Positions 9,824-18,152 of a stretch of DNA of 64,000 nucleotides are shown piece after piece. Made by a program: the position numbers and the translations under genes. Positions within the stretch are counted from its first letter, which is position 1. Each line of letters starts with the position of its first letter. The stretch is taken from the NCBI GenBank assembly GCA_009780275.1, contig WRAI01000005.1, forward strand, positions 5,241 to 69,240, written 5' to 3'. The notes beneath the pieces were generated by a model. The model saw only the letters and a program-made list of their open reading frames with translations, made no database searches and was not told where the DNA came from. The DNA is from Oscillospiraceae bacterium. Lineage in GTDB: Bacteria; Bacillota; Clostridia; Oscillospirales; UBA929.

Positions 9824-10252
9824 TTATTCCAACAATTTTCCCAACAAACCGCCGCTACCGAATGTTTCCATGGCAATCTTAGCCGTTGCCGCCAGCTTAA
9901 TCATGCGAACAGCTCGATCCATCTGCCCATGACGACTCTCATGCATATACGGCTTTAAGGCATGAATCAACCGCGTGCGATGGTCTTCCGGTTTACTATA
10001 TTCGCTCAGAATGCGCGACATGCCATTGAGTATCCCGGGGTCCATGTTGGCGACCATGCGCATTAAATTGCCCGCATCGCCCATCGGCGTAAGACTGTTG
10101 ACGATGGCCGGCATGGCATTTTCAATGACATTTTCCTCTTTTTTTGGCTCGTCTTTATTGCCGCCCAGCCCAAGCGATTGTGCCATGGCCATAATCTTCT
10201 CCATGCCGGCCGGGTCGTTGAGCATGGCCGATATTTTACTTTCTATGTCCAT
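9824..10252 (-). CDS. Hypothetical protein (142 aa, Met-rich, helical)
   Basis: ORF 9824..10279. ATG at 10252 follows a GGGGGAAGG RBS. No motif recognised. Confidence 0.55.
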   Translation of the reverse strand: MDIESKISAMLNDPAGMEKIMAMAQSLGLGGNKDEPKKEENVIENAMPAIVNSLTPMGDAGNLMRMVANMDPGILNGMSRILSEYSKPEDHRTRLIHALKPYMHESRHGQMDRAVRMIKLAATAKIAMETFGSGGLLGKLLE

Positions 10253-10318
10253 AGCCTTCCCCCGCGAAACCGGTTTCACGGGAACCCCCTTTCGATTTTA
10301 TCAGCAGCGCCACAAATG

Positions 10319-10573
10319 TTATTCCGTTGCTTTCTTAACCTGCGCAATCAAATCCTGCCCTTCTTTGCTTGTCACCAGGTCTTTGAGCAGAGCTGACATG
10401 GCAGTCGCGTCACCAGCTTTGGCTTTTTCGGCGTTAAGATTGTTTTTGATTTTGTTGATGCTGTCTTTGTTCTCGACGATATTGACTTTGCGCATAATAT
10501 CGTCCAAGTTGGCCGCCGCTTTAGCACCATTAGGATTACTTTGCAACATTTGCTGTAACAGTTCCGAATTCAT
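10319..10573 (-). CDS. Hypothetical protein (84 aa, Lys/Ala-rich, helical)
   Basis: Within ORF 10319..10870. ATG at 10573 follows AGGAGGCAAATTT. The upstream part of the tracked ORF overlaps the dnaJ promoter and is unlikely to be coding. Confidence 0.55.
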   Translation of the reverse strand: MNSELLQQMLQSNPNGAKAAANLDDIMRKVNIVENKDSINKIKNNLNAEKAKAGDATAMSALLKDLVTSKEGQDLIAQVKKATE

Positions 10574-10633
10574 AAATTTGCCTCCTGCTGTCTTATCAAT
10601 ATGCTCCCATTCTATGCGGCAAAACAGGCGGAC

Positions 10634-10662
10634 TTTACAGATGGGCTTAAATTGAGTATAAT
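10634..10662 (+). promoter_or_regulatory. SigA-type promoter of dnaJ
   Basis: TTTACA (10634-10639), 17-nt spacer, TATAAT (10657-10662). Two short hairpins follow in the leader. Confidence 0.55.
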
Positions 10663-10756
10663 GTGTAAGGCGCGATGTCCTCATCGCGTTGAGACAACAA
10701 ATAGTCATTTTATCACACGGCGTGATGAGGACGTCACGCCCTACACAGGAGGAACA

Positions 10757-11866
10757 ATGCAAAAACGCGATTATTATGACGTGCTTGGCGTCGGCAAAAG
10801 TGCCGGCGACGACGAAATAAAAAAAGCCTATCGAAAGTTGGCAAAACAATACCATCCCGACCTCAATCAAGGTGACGATGAGGCCGAAGTGAAGTTCAAG
10901 GAAGTCAACGAAGCCTACAATGTGCTAAGTGACGGCGATTTGCGGGCGCGGTATGACCAGATGGGTCACGCCGGCGTTGATCCCAACGGCGCAGGCGGCG
11001 GACAGTACAGCGGCGGCTTTGGTGGTGGTGGCGGCTTTGGGTTTGACGGCTTTGATTTGGGTAGCATTTTTGACTCTTTCTTCGGCGGATTCGGGGGCAA
11101 TCAGCGCGCCAATGCGGCGACACGGGGTGAGAATATTCGCACGGCCGTGACGCTTGACTTTGAAGAAGCGGCATTTGGCTGCGAAAAGAAAATCGCCGTC
11201 AACCGCATCGAAGAGTGTCATACCTGCCACGGCAACGGCACAAAGGACGGTAAGCCGGCACCCGTTTGCACGCAGTGCGGCGGCAGCGGCACGGTGCGCG
11301 TACAACAACGCACGCCGTTGGGCATGATGGCAACCACCGGTGTCTGCCCGACCTGCCACGGCAAGGGGCGCGTCATCAAGGAACCGTGTGAATCTTGCCG
11401 TGGAAGCGGATTGGAGAAAAATCGCGTGGAACTGACGGTCAAGTTCCCCGCCGGTATTGATAACGGGCAAACACTTAATCAACGCCGTCAGGGTCATGCC
11501 GGGCAAAACGGCGGTCCGCACGGCGACTTGCTCATCAGCGTCAACGTGCGACCGCATAAACTGTTTGAGCGCGACGGCAACGATGTGCATATGACACAGG
11601 ACATCAGCTTTGTACAAGCGGCTTTGGGTTCAGCGTTAGAAATTCCCACATTAGAAGGCAAGGTTAAGCACACCATCGCGGCGGGTACGCAGAACGGGAA
11701 AGTGGTGATTCTTAAAAACAAGGGCATTGTTGATGTGCACAATAAAGGAAAAGGCAGCCAATATGTGCATATCAATGTCGTTGTACCCACTGACTTGACC
11801 GAGGCGCAAAAAGAGTTGTTGCGTGAGTTTGAAGGCTTGCCGCCGAAGAAAAAGAAGAAGAAATAG
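10757..11866 (+). CDS. dnaJ: Molecular chaperone DnaJ (type I: J domain, G/F region, four CxxCxGxG zinc motifs)
   Basis: [35 protein letters not shown]. Zinc motifs [41 protein letters not shown]. The track start at 10601 is too far upstream. Confidence 0.93.
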   Translation: MQKRDYYDVLGVGKSAGDDEIKKAYRKLAKQYHPDLNQGDDEAEVKFKEVNEAYNVLSDGDLRARYDQMGHAGVDPNGAGGGQYSGGFGGGGGFGFDGFDLGSIFDSFFGGFGGNQRANAATRGENIRTAVTLDFEEAAFGCEKKIAVNRIEECHTCHGNGTKDGKPAPVCTQCGGSGTVRVQQRTPLGMMATTGVCPTCHGKGRVIKEPCESCRGSGLEKNRVELTVKFPAGIDNGQTLNQRRQGHAGQNGGPHGDLLISVNVRPHKLFERDGNDVHMTQDISFVQAALGSALEIPTLEGKVKHTIAAGTQNGKVVILKNKGIVDVHNKGKGSQYVHINVVVPTDLTEAQKELLREFEGLPPKKKKKK

Positions 11867-11987
11867 GTTTTTGTAGGGCGCGGTGAGGGCACTGCGCCGC
11901 TTAATTGGTACAACCACTATACTGCGGACGTGATGAAGGCATCGCGAACGCTTGAACGCCGCCCCTACAAAGTTGGAGGATATACCT

Positions 11988-14516
11988 ATGAATGTCTTGC
12001 TGCCTATTGCCACAGTTATCTTCGCCGTGTGGTTTGTCGCACGGTATGTTTGTAAGCTCCGGAAACGTGATGACAATACTGTAGAGAACGCACCCCCGTG
12101 CATCTCGCAGCAAGGCAGCTGTCCTGAAAAACAGGGTGTTGAACAGGCCCCCCGCCAATCCATTTTTACACGTTCGCGCGGCAAGATGACCCCTTTAGAT
12201 ATACTGCCTCTTGTTGTCATCACACTTGTTTACGCTTGCGTGGCGTTTTTCAACCTCGGCGACAGGCAAGCGCCGCAGTCGGGCTGGATGGCGCGAGAAG
12301 AGACGTCCGCCTCTGTTACCATTGACTTGGGCGAAGAGGTTGAACTATACCGCATTGTCTATTTCGGCGGCGTCCTGCAAGCCAATCCGCTGGGAAGCGG
12401 GCTTTTTCTGCGCGCCGAGCACTGGGAAGTAAGCGAGGAAGATGACAGTGCTTTTATACCGGTGGTAACGGAGCGGAAAGAGTTTCGAACGGCCTCCGAC
12501 GCCGCGTTTGTCTGGCGTGAGTTTCAGTTTAACAGCCAAGGCGACGATCGTACACGCTATCTTCATTTGACTGCGTTGCGAACATTTCAAGTCAACGAAT
12601 TAGGCATTTACGTGCGTGATGCTGACGGCGAAATTACGCGGCTTGACCCTGCTAATTTCGACTTTTTCGACGACGAAAATGCAAAGGCTCTTTTTGACGA
12701 GCAACTTTTGATCCCCGGGCAAATTGCCGCTCAAGGCAATGGGCAAGAACCGCAAACGGGCTGGCCGGCGCGAGAAGAGCCGCCCAGTCAAACTGTCATG
12801 TTTAGCTTAGGTGAAGAGGTTGAGCTATACCGCATTGTACATTTCAACGGTGTCAAGCACGGCAATATTTGGCAGGATCCTAACCTTCCGCCGTGCTGCG
12901 TCATTCGTTTTCAAACGCGCCTTAGCGCCGACGAGCCTTGGGTGGAGCGCGAAACGCTGCGGGCGGGATTTAACGACGTCTTTTATTGGCGGGATCTGCA
13001 GCTTGGCGGCGGCGAACATAACCGTGCGCGTTATATCCGTTTGATCTCGGTTCGCACGTTCCAAGTCAACGAAATGGGCATTTACGTGCGTGATGCTGAC
13101 GGCGAAGTGACGCGGCTTGACCCTGCTAATTTCGACTTTTTCGGCGACGAAAATGCCGCGCGATTGTTTGACGAACAGCATTTAATCCCCGAACACTTCA
13201 CATTTACCAATCAAATGTACTTCGATGAGATTTACCACGGACGCACGGCGTACGAAGTCATTCATGGCATTTATCCTTATGAGACAACGCATCCGCCGCT
13301 GGGCAAAGCCATTATCAGTTTGGGCATTCGCATGTTTGGTATGACGCCGTTTGGCTGGCGGTTTATGGGCGTGGTTTTTGGCATTATGATGTTGCCGTTT
13401 TTCTACTGGCTGCTCAAAGGGCTGTTCAACAAAACGCTTGTTGCGGCGGCCGGCACAACGCTGCTTGCCACCGAATTTATGCTCATCACACAATCGCGCA
13501 TTGCCACCATTGACACGTATACTGTGTTTTTCATTATCGTATCGTACTTGTTCATGTTCCGCTATATCACTTCGGGGTTGGATGCGCCGTTGAAAAAGAC
13601 GCTGCTGCCGCTGTTCTTATCGGGGTTGGCGTTTGGGTTGGGCGTGGCGAGCAAATGGCCGGTGTTGTACGCGGGATTGGGCCTGCTTGCCTTTTATGTG
13701 ATGTATCAAGTCGCGCGAATTCGCCATGCGAAGAAACAGGGCGTTGATTGGGTTGTTTTCTTGTCTCGTACACTTTCAGCGTCGATCATTTTCTTTATTT
13801 TCGTGCCGGTAACGGTGTATGTTGTGTCCTATGCACCATATGTACAAAACAACCATGAACGCATTGTGTCTATGCGTATTCCCGAGGACGACCACTATTT
13901 GGTATGGCAGCCCAGCGGCGAATGCATGCCATTGACGGCAAATAACTTGTGGGATAAAGCGTGGAGCAACTCCATTGACATGTTAAGCTATCACGGCGGC
14001 AACCCGGGCGATTCGGCACATCCCTTTGCGGCGGCCTGGTATCACTGGCTGGTCAATGCCCGCCCCATGCTCTTTTATGCCGACTGGGGGTGGTGCAGCG
14101 ATAACGGGCAGTGGGTATTTCTCGCAGGATTTGCCAGCTTTAACAATCCGCTGATTTCGTGGGCGGGCTTGTTGGCGTTGTTTGCTGTCGCATGGGCATT
14201 TTTTCGCAAGCGGCATTGTTTAGCCACCGTATTTATTGTTGTCGGATTTTTATCGCAGTTTGCGCCGTGGCTGCTCATCTCTCGGGAAACGTATGCCTAT
14301 CACTACTTCCCGTCGATTATTTTCTTGATACTGGCGTTGGCATATATTTTTAACGATTTGCTCGATATGGATATTAAGCAAAACCGCCGGTGGGTGGTAG
14401 GCTTTGCCGGCGCATCGGTAGTGTTGTTTGCGCTGTTCCTACCGGTGCTGATTGGCATCCCCATTCCAAGTTGGTATCTTAGCGGACTACAATGGTTGCC
14501 GAATTGGCCCTTCTAA
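11988..14516 (+). CDS. GT-C glycosyltransferase (family 39 / PMT-like) with an N-terminal anchor and a duplicated extracytoplasmic beta-sandwich module
   Basis: ATG 11988 follows GGAGGA. One transmembrane segment, two ~160-aa repeats, then a polytopic core (YFDEIYHGRTAYE...HPPLGK...). The C-terminal third is PMT-like. Confidence 0.75.
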   Translation: MNVLLPIATVIFAVWFVARYVCKLRKRDDNTVENAPPCISQQGSCPEKQGVEQAPRQSIFTRSRGKMTPLDILPLVVITLVYACVAFFNLGDRQAPQSGWMAREETSASVTIDLGEEVELYRIVYFGGVLQANPLGSGLFLRAEHWEVSEEDDSAFIPVVTERKEFRTASDAAFVWREFQFNSQGDDRTRYLHLTALRTFQVNELGIYVRDADGEITRLDPANFDFFDDENAKALFDEQLLIPGQIAAQGNGQEPQTGWPAREEPPSQTVMFSLGEEVELYRIVHFNGVKHGNIWQDPNLPPCCVIRFQTRLSADEPWVERETLRAGFNDVFYWRDLQLGGGEHNRARYIRLISVRTFQVNEMGIYVRDADGEVTRLDPANFDFFGDENAARLFDEQHLIPEHFTFTNQMYFDEIYHGRTAYEVIHGIYPYETTHPPLGKAIISLGIRMFGMTPFGWRFMGVVFGIMMLPFFYWLLKGLFNKTLVAAAGTTLLATEFMLITQSRIATIDTYTVFFIIVSYLFMFRYITSGLDAPLKKTLLPLFLSGLAFGLGVASKWPVLYAGLGLLAFYVMYQVARIRHAKKQGVDWVVFLSRTLSASIIFFIFVPVTVYVVSYAPYVQNNHERIVSMRIPEDDHYLVWQPSGECMPLTANNLWDKAWSNSIDMLSYHGGNPGDSAHPFAAAWYHWLVNARPMLFYADWGWCSDNGQWVFLAGFASFNNPLISWAGLLALFAVAWAFFRKRHCLATVFIVVGFLSQFAPWLLISRETYAYHYFPSIIFLILALAYIFNDLLDMDIKQNRRWVVGFAGASVVLFALFLPVLIGIPIPSWYLSGLQWLPNWPF
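12266..13190 (+). repeat. Intragenic tandem duplication (two ~474-480-nt units) inside the GT39-like gene
   Basis: The units start near 12266 and 12745. 12588-12680 and 13062-13154 differ at only 6 of 93 nt. A second conserved block reads GAAGAGGTTGA(A/G)CTATACCGCATTGT at 12333 and 12813. Confidence 0.9.
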
Positions 14517-14520
14517 ATCA

Positions 14521-14550
14521 AAAAAAGACAGCTCACGCCGTCTTTTTTTG
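14521..14550. terminator. Bidirectional terminator candidate
   Basis: AAAAAAGAC..GTCTTTTTTT lies between convergent genes. The stem is short and imperfect. Confidence 0.45.
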
Positions 14551-14564
14551 CGCATCGGCAGCCA

Positions 14565-14885
14565 CTAAAACGGCCCTTCTAACAAAGGCTCATCCCATTG
14601 ACATGCTTTCATATCCACCCGTCCATTAGGCAGAAATGTAACGCCTTCGCTCTCCAACAATCCACGACGTATTTCGGCGCATTCGCCGCCTGTAACGCTG
14701 CCGTCTTTTTTAACAACACGTTGCCATGGGATATCATCGGACGGGCAACAGCGCATGGCAAACCCAACGTGACGCGACATACGCGGTGCGCCCAGCATTT
14801 GAGCAATTTGCCCGTACGACGCAACCTTGCCGTACGGAATTTGCGCCACAATTTCGTAAACTTGCTGAAAAAAGTTATTACTCAT
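14565..14885 (-). CDS. MGMT-family alkyltransferase-like (ATL) protein; the active-site Cys is replaced by Trp
   Basis: YGKVASYGQIAQMLGAPRMSRHVGFAM is the HTH. IPWQRVV stands where methyltransferases have PCHRV. ATG at 14885 overlaps the upstream stop (ATGAGTAA). Confidence 0.75.
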   Translation of the reverse strand: MSNNFFQQVYEIVAQIPYGKVASYGQIAQMLGAPRMSRHVGFAMRCCPSDDIPWQRVVKKDGSVTGGECAEIRRGLLESEGVTFLPNGRVDMKACQWDEPLLEGPF

Positions 14886-15990
14886 ACAGTGCGTACACGT
14901 TCTCGACCGATGTGCCATGTAATATTGAATTTGAACTACCAAGAATCAGCCGTGAGCCTGCGGTTTCTTTGCACCATGCCGCGAATTCGCGGATTTGCGC
15001 CGGTGTGCCGCTGTGCAGCAAGTCGCACGGCACGTTGCCCATGAGGACTAATTCGGGATACTTTGCACGCAGTTTATCAAACGTCATACCCGCATGATGG
15101 TCGATTTCGTAATAAGCGTCAGAGCAATTTTCGCCAAACAGTAAATCCGAAATTGCCCAAATATCGCCGTCAGAACGGAAGATATACTTCTGCCCGTTGC
15201 GTTGGCTCATTTTAAATTGCGTACGATATGCAGGCGCAACCGCTTGCTCGAAAAATTTGGGCGAATACGCCAGCCCGCTGTTAAATGCCAAGTCGCCGCC
15301 GCCGTTAATCAGCCAAATGCCGATGTCGTGCTGCGCTTGAATATACTGCGCCTGGTCGTGTCCCACAATTTCAAACCACGCCGCAAGCAATCCGGGGTCA
15401 AGTACAGTAGCTTCCAGCCAACCCGAATCCAGCGGCAACGCGCAAAAAGCGTCCCCGGCAACAACAAATTCGTCGCTCAATTCACGTACAGCGCGTTGTA
15501 ATATAGGGCGCACAGTATGGCGCGCCGTTGTGCCATCGTGCTTATCTACAATTTTGCGCAAGTTGTCAATCACTTTATCGGGGCAATCGTTGCGCTGCGC
15601 GGTCTCTGCCAATCCATATGTGCGCGAATGCGGGTCATAGGCGTACACGCGCCAATTGCTGCCGTCAGGGTCGCCGTAGAGAATACTATTTTCGTCAATT
15701 CGCTTTGTCGGGCGTTCTGTCATACGCCACGGCAAAAAGAATATATCGAATTTCAATGCACGGTGCAGTGCAACAACATCTTGATAACATTTTTCCACGA
15801 ATTCGTCGTGTGCACCATCGCCGTCGAGCCATGCGCAGGCCTCGAAGTAATGCAAATCTGTCGAACCTGTATAGGCATTGTAGCCCAGTATTTCTGATGC
15901 AACACTCGATGCAAACGCCTGCTCGCAGACGGGTGTGCGATCGCAGGGAACGCCGTCAAATGCGGCGCGGACACGTTGGGGTGATGTCAT
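14878..15990 (-). CDS. Uroporphyrinogen-decarboxylase (URO-D)-fold family protein
   Basis: Family-typical N-terminus MTSPQRVRAAFDGVPCDRTPV and a length of ~370 aa. ATG at 15990 follows GGAG/GAGGG. The family call is pattern-based. Confidence 0.55.
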   Translation of the reverse strand: MTSPQRVRAAFDGVPCDRTPVCEQAFASSVASEILGYNAYTGSTDLHYFEACAWLDGDGAHDEFVEKCYQDVVALHRALKFDIFFLPWRMTERPTKRIDENSILYGDPDGSNWRVYAYDPHSRTYGLAETAQRNDCPDKVIDNLRKIVDKHDGTTARHTVRPILQRAVRELSDEFVVAGDAFCALPLDSGWLEATVLDPGLLAAWFEIVGHDQAQYIQAQHDIGIWLINGGGDLAFNSGLAYSPKFFEQAVAPAYRTQFKMSQRNGQKYIFRSDGDIWAISDLLFGENCSDAYYEIDHHAGMTFDKLRAKYPELVLMGNVPCDLLHSGTPAQIREFAAWCKETAGSRLILGSSNSILHGTSVENVYALYE

Positions 15991-16114
15991 AGTAGCCCTC
16001 ACTTTGCTCCGTTAAATGATAAATAAGAATGCAGAAATAATAAATTGCGGATTACAAAATTTTGTCCGCAGGAAATATTTCTGCATTTTTATTTCTTATT
16101 TGTTATTTAATAAA

Positions 16115-18022
16115 TTACCCGTTCATCGGACACGCGCTGACAATCCGTTCCCAAATGTTGCAGTGCGTGTTTATGTCAGCACCTTCGGGAATGGGACCGT
16201 TAAAGCCTAAGCGTTCGACTTCGAGTTCTTCAAGCCGCTCAATGTCGCCGTCCAAATAGCCGTTAATGCGCCGCTGTGCCGCAAGTAAGCGTGTACGCAC
16301 CCCGCCTAAGCGGATATGAATGACTTCCAAGCCTTGCGGCTTATTTTCGCGTGCCCAGAAAGTTTCAAAGCTTAAAATCAGCTCGTCCACCATACCGCAA
16401 AGTCCCGGCAATACATTGTTTGCCAGTGTCCTTAATTTTTCACGCTCGCCGTTGCGATAGGCTTCGGTGATGGCAATGCCTACCGTGCTTTTTACCATAA
16501 GCAGGTCGCTCAATGTCGCCATATGATTGAACAGATAGCCCCATTCGCCGTTGCGCTTGGCCGCGGCGTGCAGTTTGTCCGTCAAGGTTTCGTAGTGCGC
16601 GGGGAATGTCGCAATATCAACGTGTTTGTCAAACAAGCCGAGCAATACATCCTGGTACAGCAATGGCTTGGACGTATTTGTCGTACCGTCACGCCGCGCC
16701 GTTGTGTTGTTAACATCGTCGAGCAAGAAGAAATCTTCCCACACGCCGCCTGTGCAGACGGCGAACCGCGCCGCTAGTTCCGCATCGGTAAAAATTGTAC
16801 AGTCGAGAATATCAACTGCGTCAAGTGACTTGGGTTGCGTGTATTTGAAGTCTATATAACCGCATTCGGCTTGCAATTGCAACGCCGGCAGTACGCTAAA
16901 CGCCGGGCATTCTGCGCCGTTGTCGCCCCAGCCTGTGGCAAATACAATGTCTACGCCGGTTGCACGGCAAGCCGCAAGGCTAGATCGCGATGTGTGCATA
17001 TTAAAGCGCAAATCAGGCGCCAATCCGCCCCATTTCCATGCGCCGCCGGCGAACCCGATGGGGTTCGGAAACTTTTTATGTTGTTTGAGCATACCCTCGT
17101 AATGTGCTTGGCTGAGGTGATAATAATCCCAGTACACCAATGTAACTTCGGGCGGCAACAATTCCAAAATTTCTTTCGGGAACGGCACATCGCTGCCGTG
17201 GTAGTAGTCGCCGCCGACAAGGCGGAAGAACATATCACTCCACATCATGGGTTTGAATCCGTACTTTTTACAGATTTCGACAACTTTTGTCAAGTGGCGA
17301 CACATGATTTCGGTGCGATTTTGATAGCCGTGTTTGTCGAGATATTTGCCCAGCCCCAACATATGCGCTTCGTCCATGCCGATGTTAATGTTGCGGCTGG
17401 TGAAACAGCTTGCCAGCTGTTTCATCATATCGTCGATAAATTTATACGTTTTCTCTTCGCCGACAAGTAAAATGTCGTTGCAGTCGATGATATCATGAAA
17501 TTGCACCCAACGCAACGCCGCGTTAAGATGCGCCAGCGTTTGCACGCAGGGAATCAGCTCAATGCCCAACTTGGCGGCGTAGGTGTCGATTTCTTTGAGT
17601 TCGTCGGCTGTGTAGCGTCCGCGCTGGTAGCCAAAATATTCCCATTCCGGGATTTCAAATGTGTCTTCGGTGTAGAGCTGCAACGTGTTCAGCCCCATCA
17701 AAGACATGGATTGCAGTAGTCTTTTAACCGCCGGAACGGTTGCCACGGCATTGCGCGAACAGTCGAGCATATACCCGTTTTGCGAGAACGCCGATTGCTG
17801 CGCAACGTCAAAATTACCTTGCAGTACATAGCTTACAGCACGGAAAAAATCAATTTCGCGCTCGTATGTGATAGAATTTTGCGTAACGGCAAAACCCTTG
17901 CCGCCTTGCGTGACAGTGATAGCCGTGCCGTCGGGCGACAAGGCAAATTTGCCGGCCTCGGCAAGCAGTTGCAAGCCGCTGATAATCGGCTGTGTATCGC
18001 CTGTGAAATTAAATGTTTGCAT
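16115..18022 (-). CDS. Glycoside hydrolase family 20 beta-N-acetylhexosaminidase; no signal peptide
   Basis: 635 aa. Contains GYMLDCSRNAV...LNTLQLYTEDTFEIPEWEYFGYQRGRYT..ELKEIDTYAAKLGIELIPCVQTLAHL. AAAGGAG RBS. Confidence 0.8.
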   Translation of the reverse strand: MQTFNFTGDTQPIISGLQLLAEAGKFALSPDGTAITVTQGGKGFAVTQNSITYEREIDFFRAVSYVLQGNFDVAQQSAFSQNGYMLDCSRNAVATVPAVKRLLQSMSLMGLNTLQLYTEDTFEIPEWEYFGYQRGRYTADELKEIDTYAAKLGIELIPCVQTLAHLNAALRWVQFHDIIDCNDILLVGEEKTYKFIDDMMKQLASCFTSRNINIGMDEAHMLGLGKYLDKHGYQNRTEIMCRHLTKVVEICKKYGFKPMMWSDMFFRLVGGDYYHGSDVPFPKEILELLPPEVTLVYWDYYHLSQAHYEGMLKQHKKFPNPIGFAGGAWKWGGLAPDLRFNMHTSRSSLAACRATGVDIVFATGWGDNGAECPAFSVLPALQLQAECGYIDFKYTQPKSLDAVDILDCTIFTDAELAARFAVCTGGVWEDFFLLDDVNNTTARRDGTTNTSKPLLYQDVLLGLFDKHVDIATFPAHYETLTDKLHAAAKRNGEWGYLFNHMATLSDLLMVKSTVGIAITEAYRNGEREKLRTLANNVLPGLCGMVDELILSFETFWARENKPQGLEVIHIRLGGVRTRLLAAQRRINGYLDGDIERLEELEVERLGFNGPIPEGADINTHCNIWERIVSACPMNG

Positions 18023-18049
18023 GGTGTTGCTCCTTTTCGTCGCAGTGAG

Positions 18050-18129
18050 AAATTAGAAGTTAGTAGCGAGAAGTGAGAAGTGACTATCTCGCGCCGTGCG
18101 CAAAACTACCAACTCCTCACTTCTAATTT
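18050..18129 (-). promoter_or_regulatory. Structured intergenic RNA element: purine 5' arm, pyrimidine 3' arm, 27 nt upstream of the GH20 start
   Basis: On the minus-strand RNA, AAATTAGAAGT pairs perfectly with ACTTCTAATTT (11 bp). The helix extends imperfectly inward (8 of the next 10 positions, including G-U). The apical region carries a GCGC-ACG-GCGC hairpin. Confidence 0.5.
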
Positions 18130-18152
18130 ATAACTGTAATGCACAAAGTGCG

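Noticed and set aside
10574-10756. Possible CIRCE/HrcA operator upstream of dnaJ
   Set aside because: I searched for TTAGCACTC-N9-GAGTGCTAA and found nothing similar. The two small hairpins present (GCGATG..CATCGC and GGCGTGA..TCACGCC) do not resemble CIRCE.
10925-11617. 230-aa minus-strand ORF
   Set aside because: It is antisense to dnaJ, whose J domain and four zinc-finger motifs are unmistakable.
12266-13190. Repeated DNA as a possible CRISPR or mobile-element repeat
   Set aside because: There are only two copies. They are in frame inside one long ORF and about 480 nt long, which indicates a domain duplication rather than an array or IS end.
16835-17470. 211-aa + strand ORF, plus other + ORFs across 16.1-18.0 kb
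   Set aside because: They are antisense to the GH20 gene.
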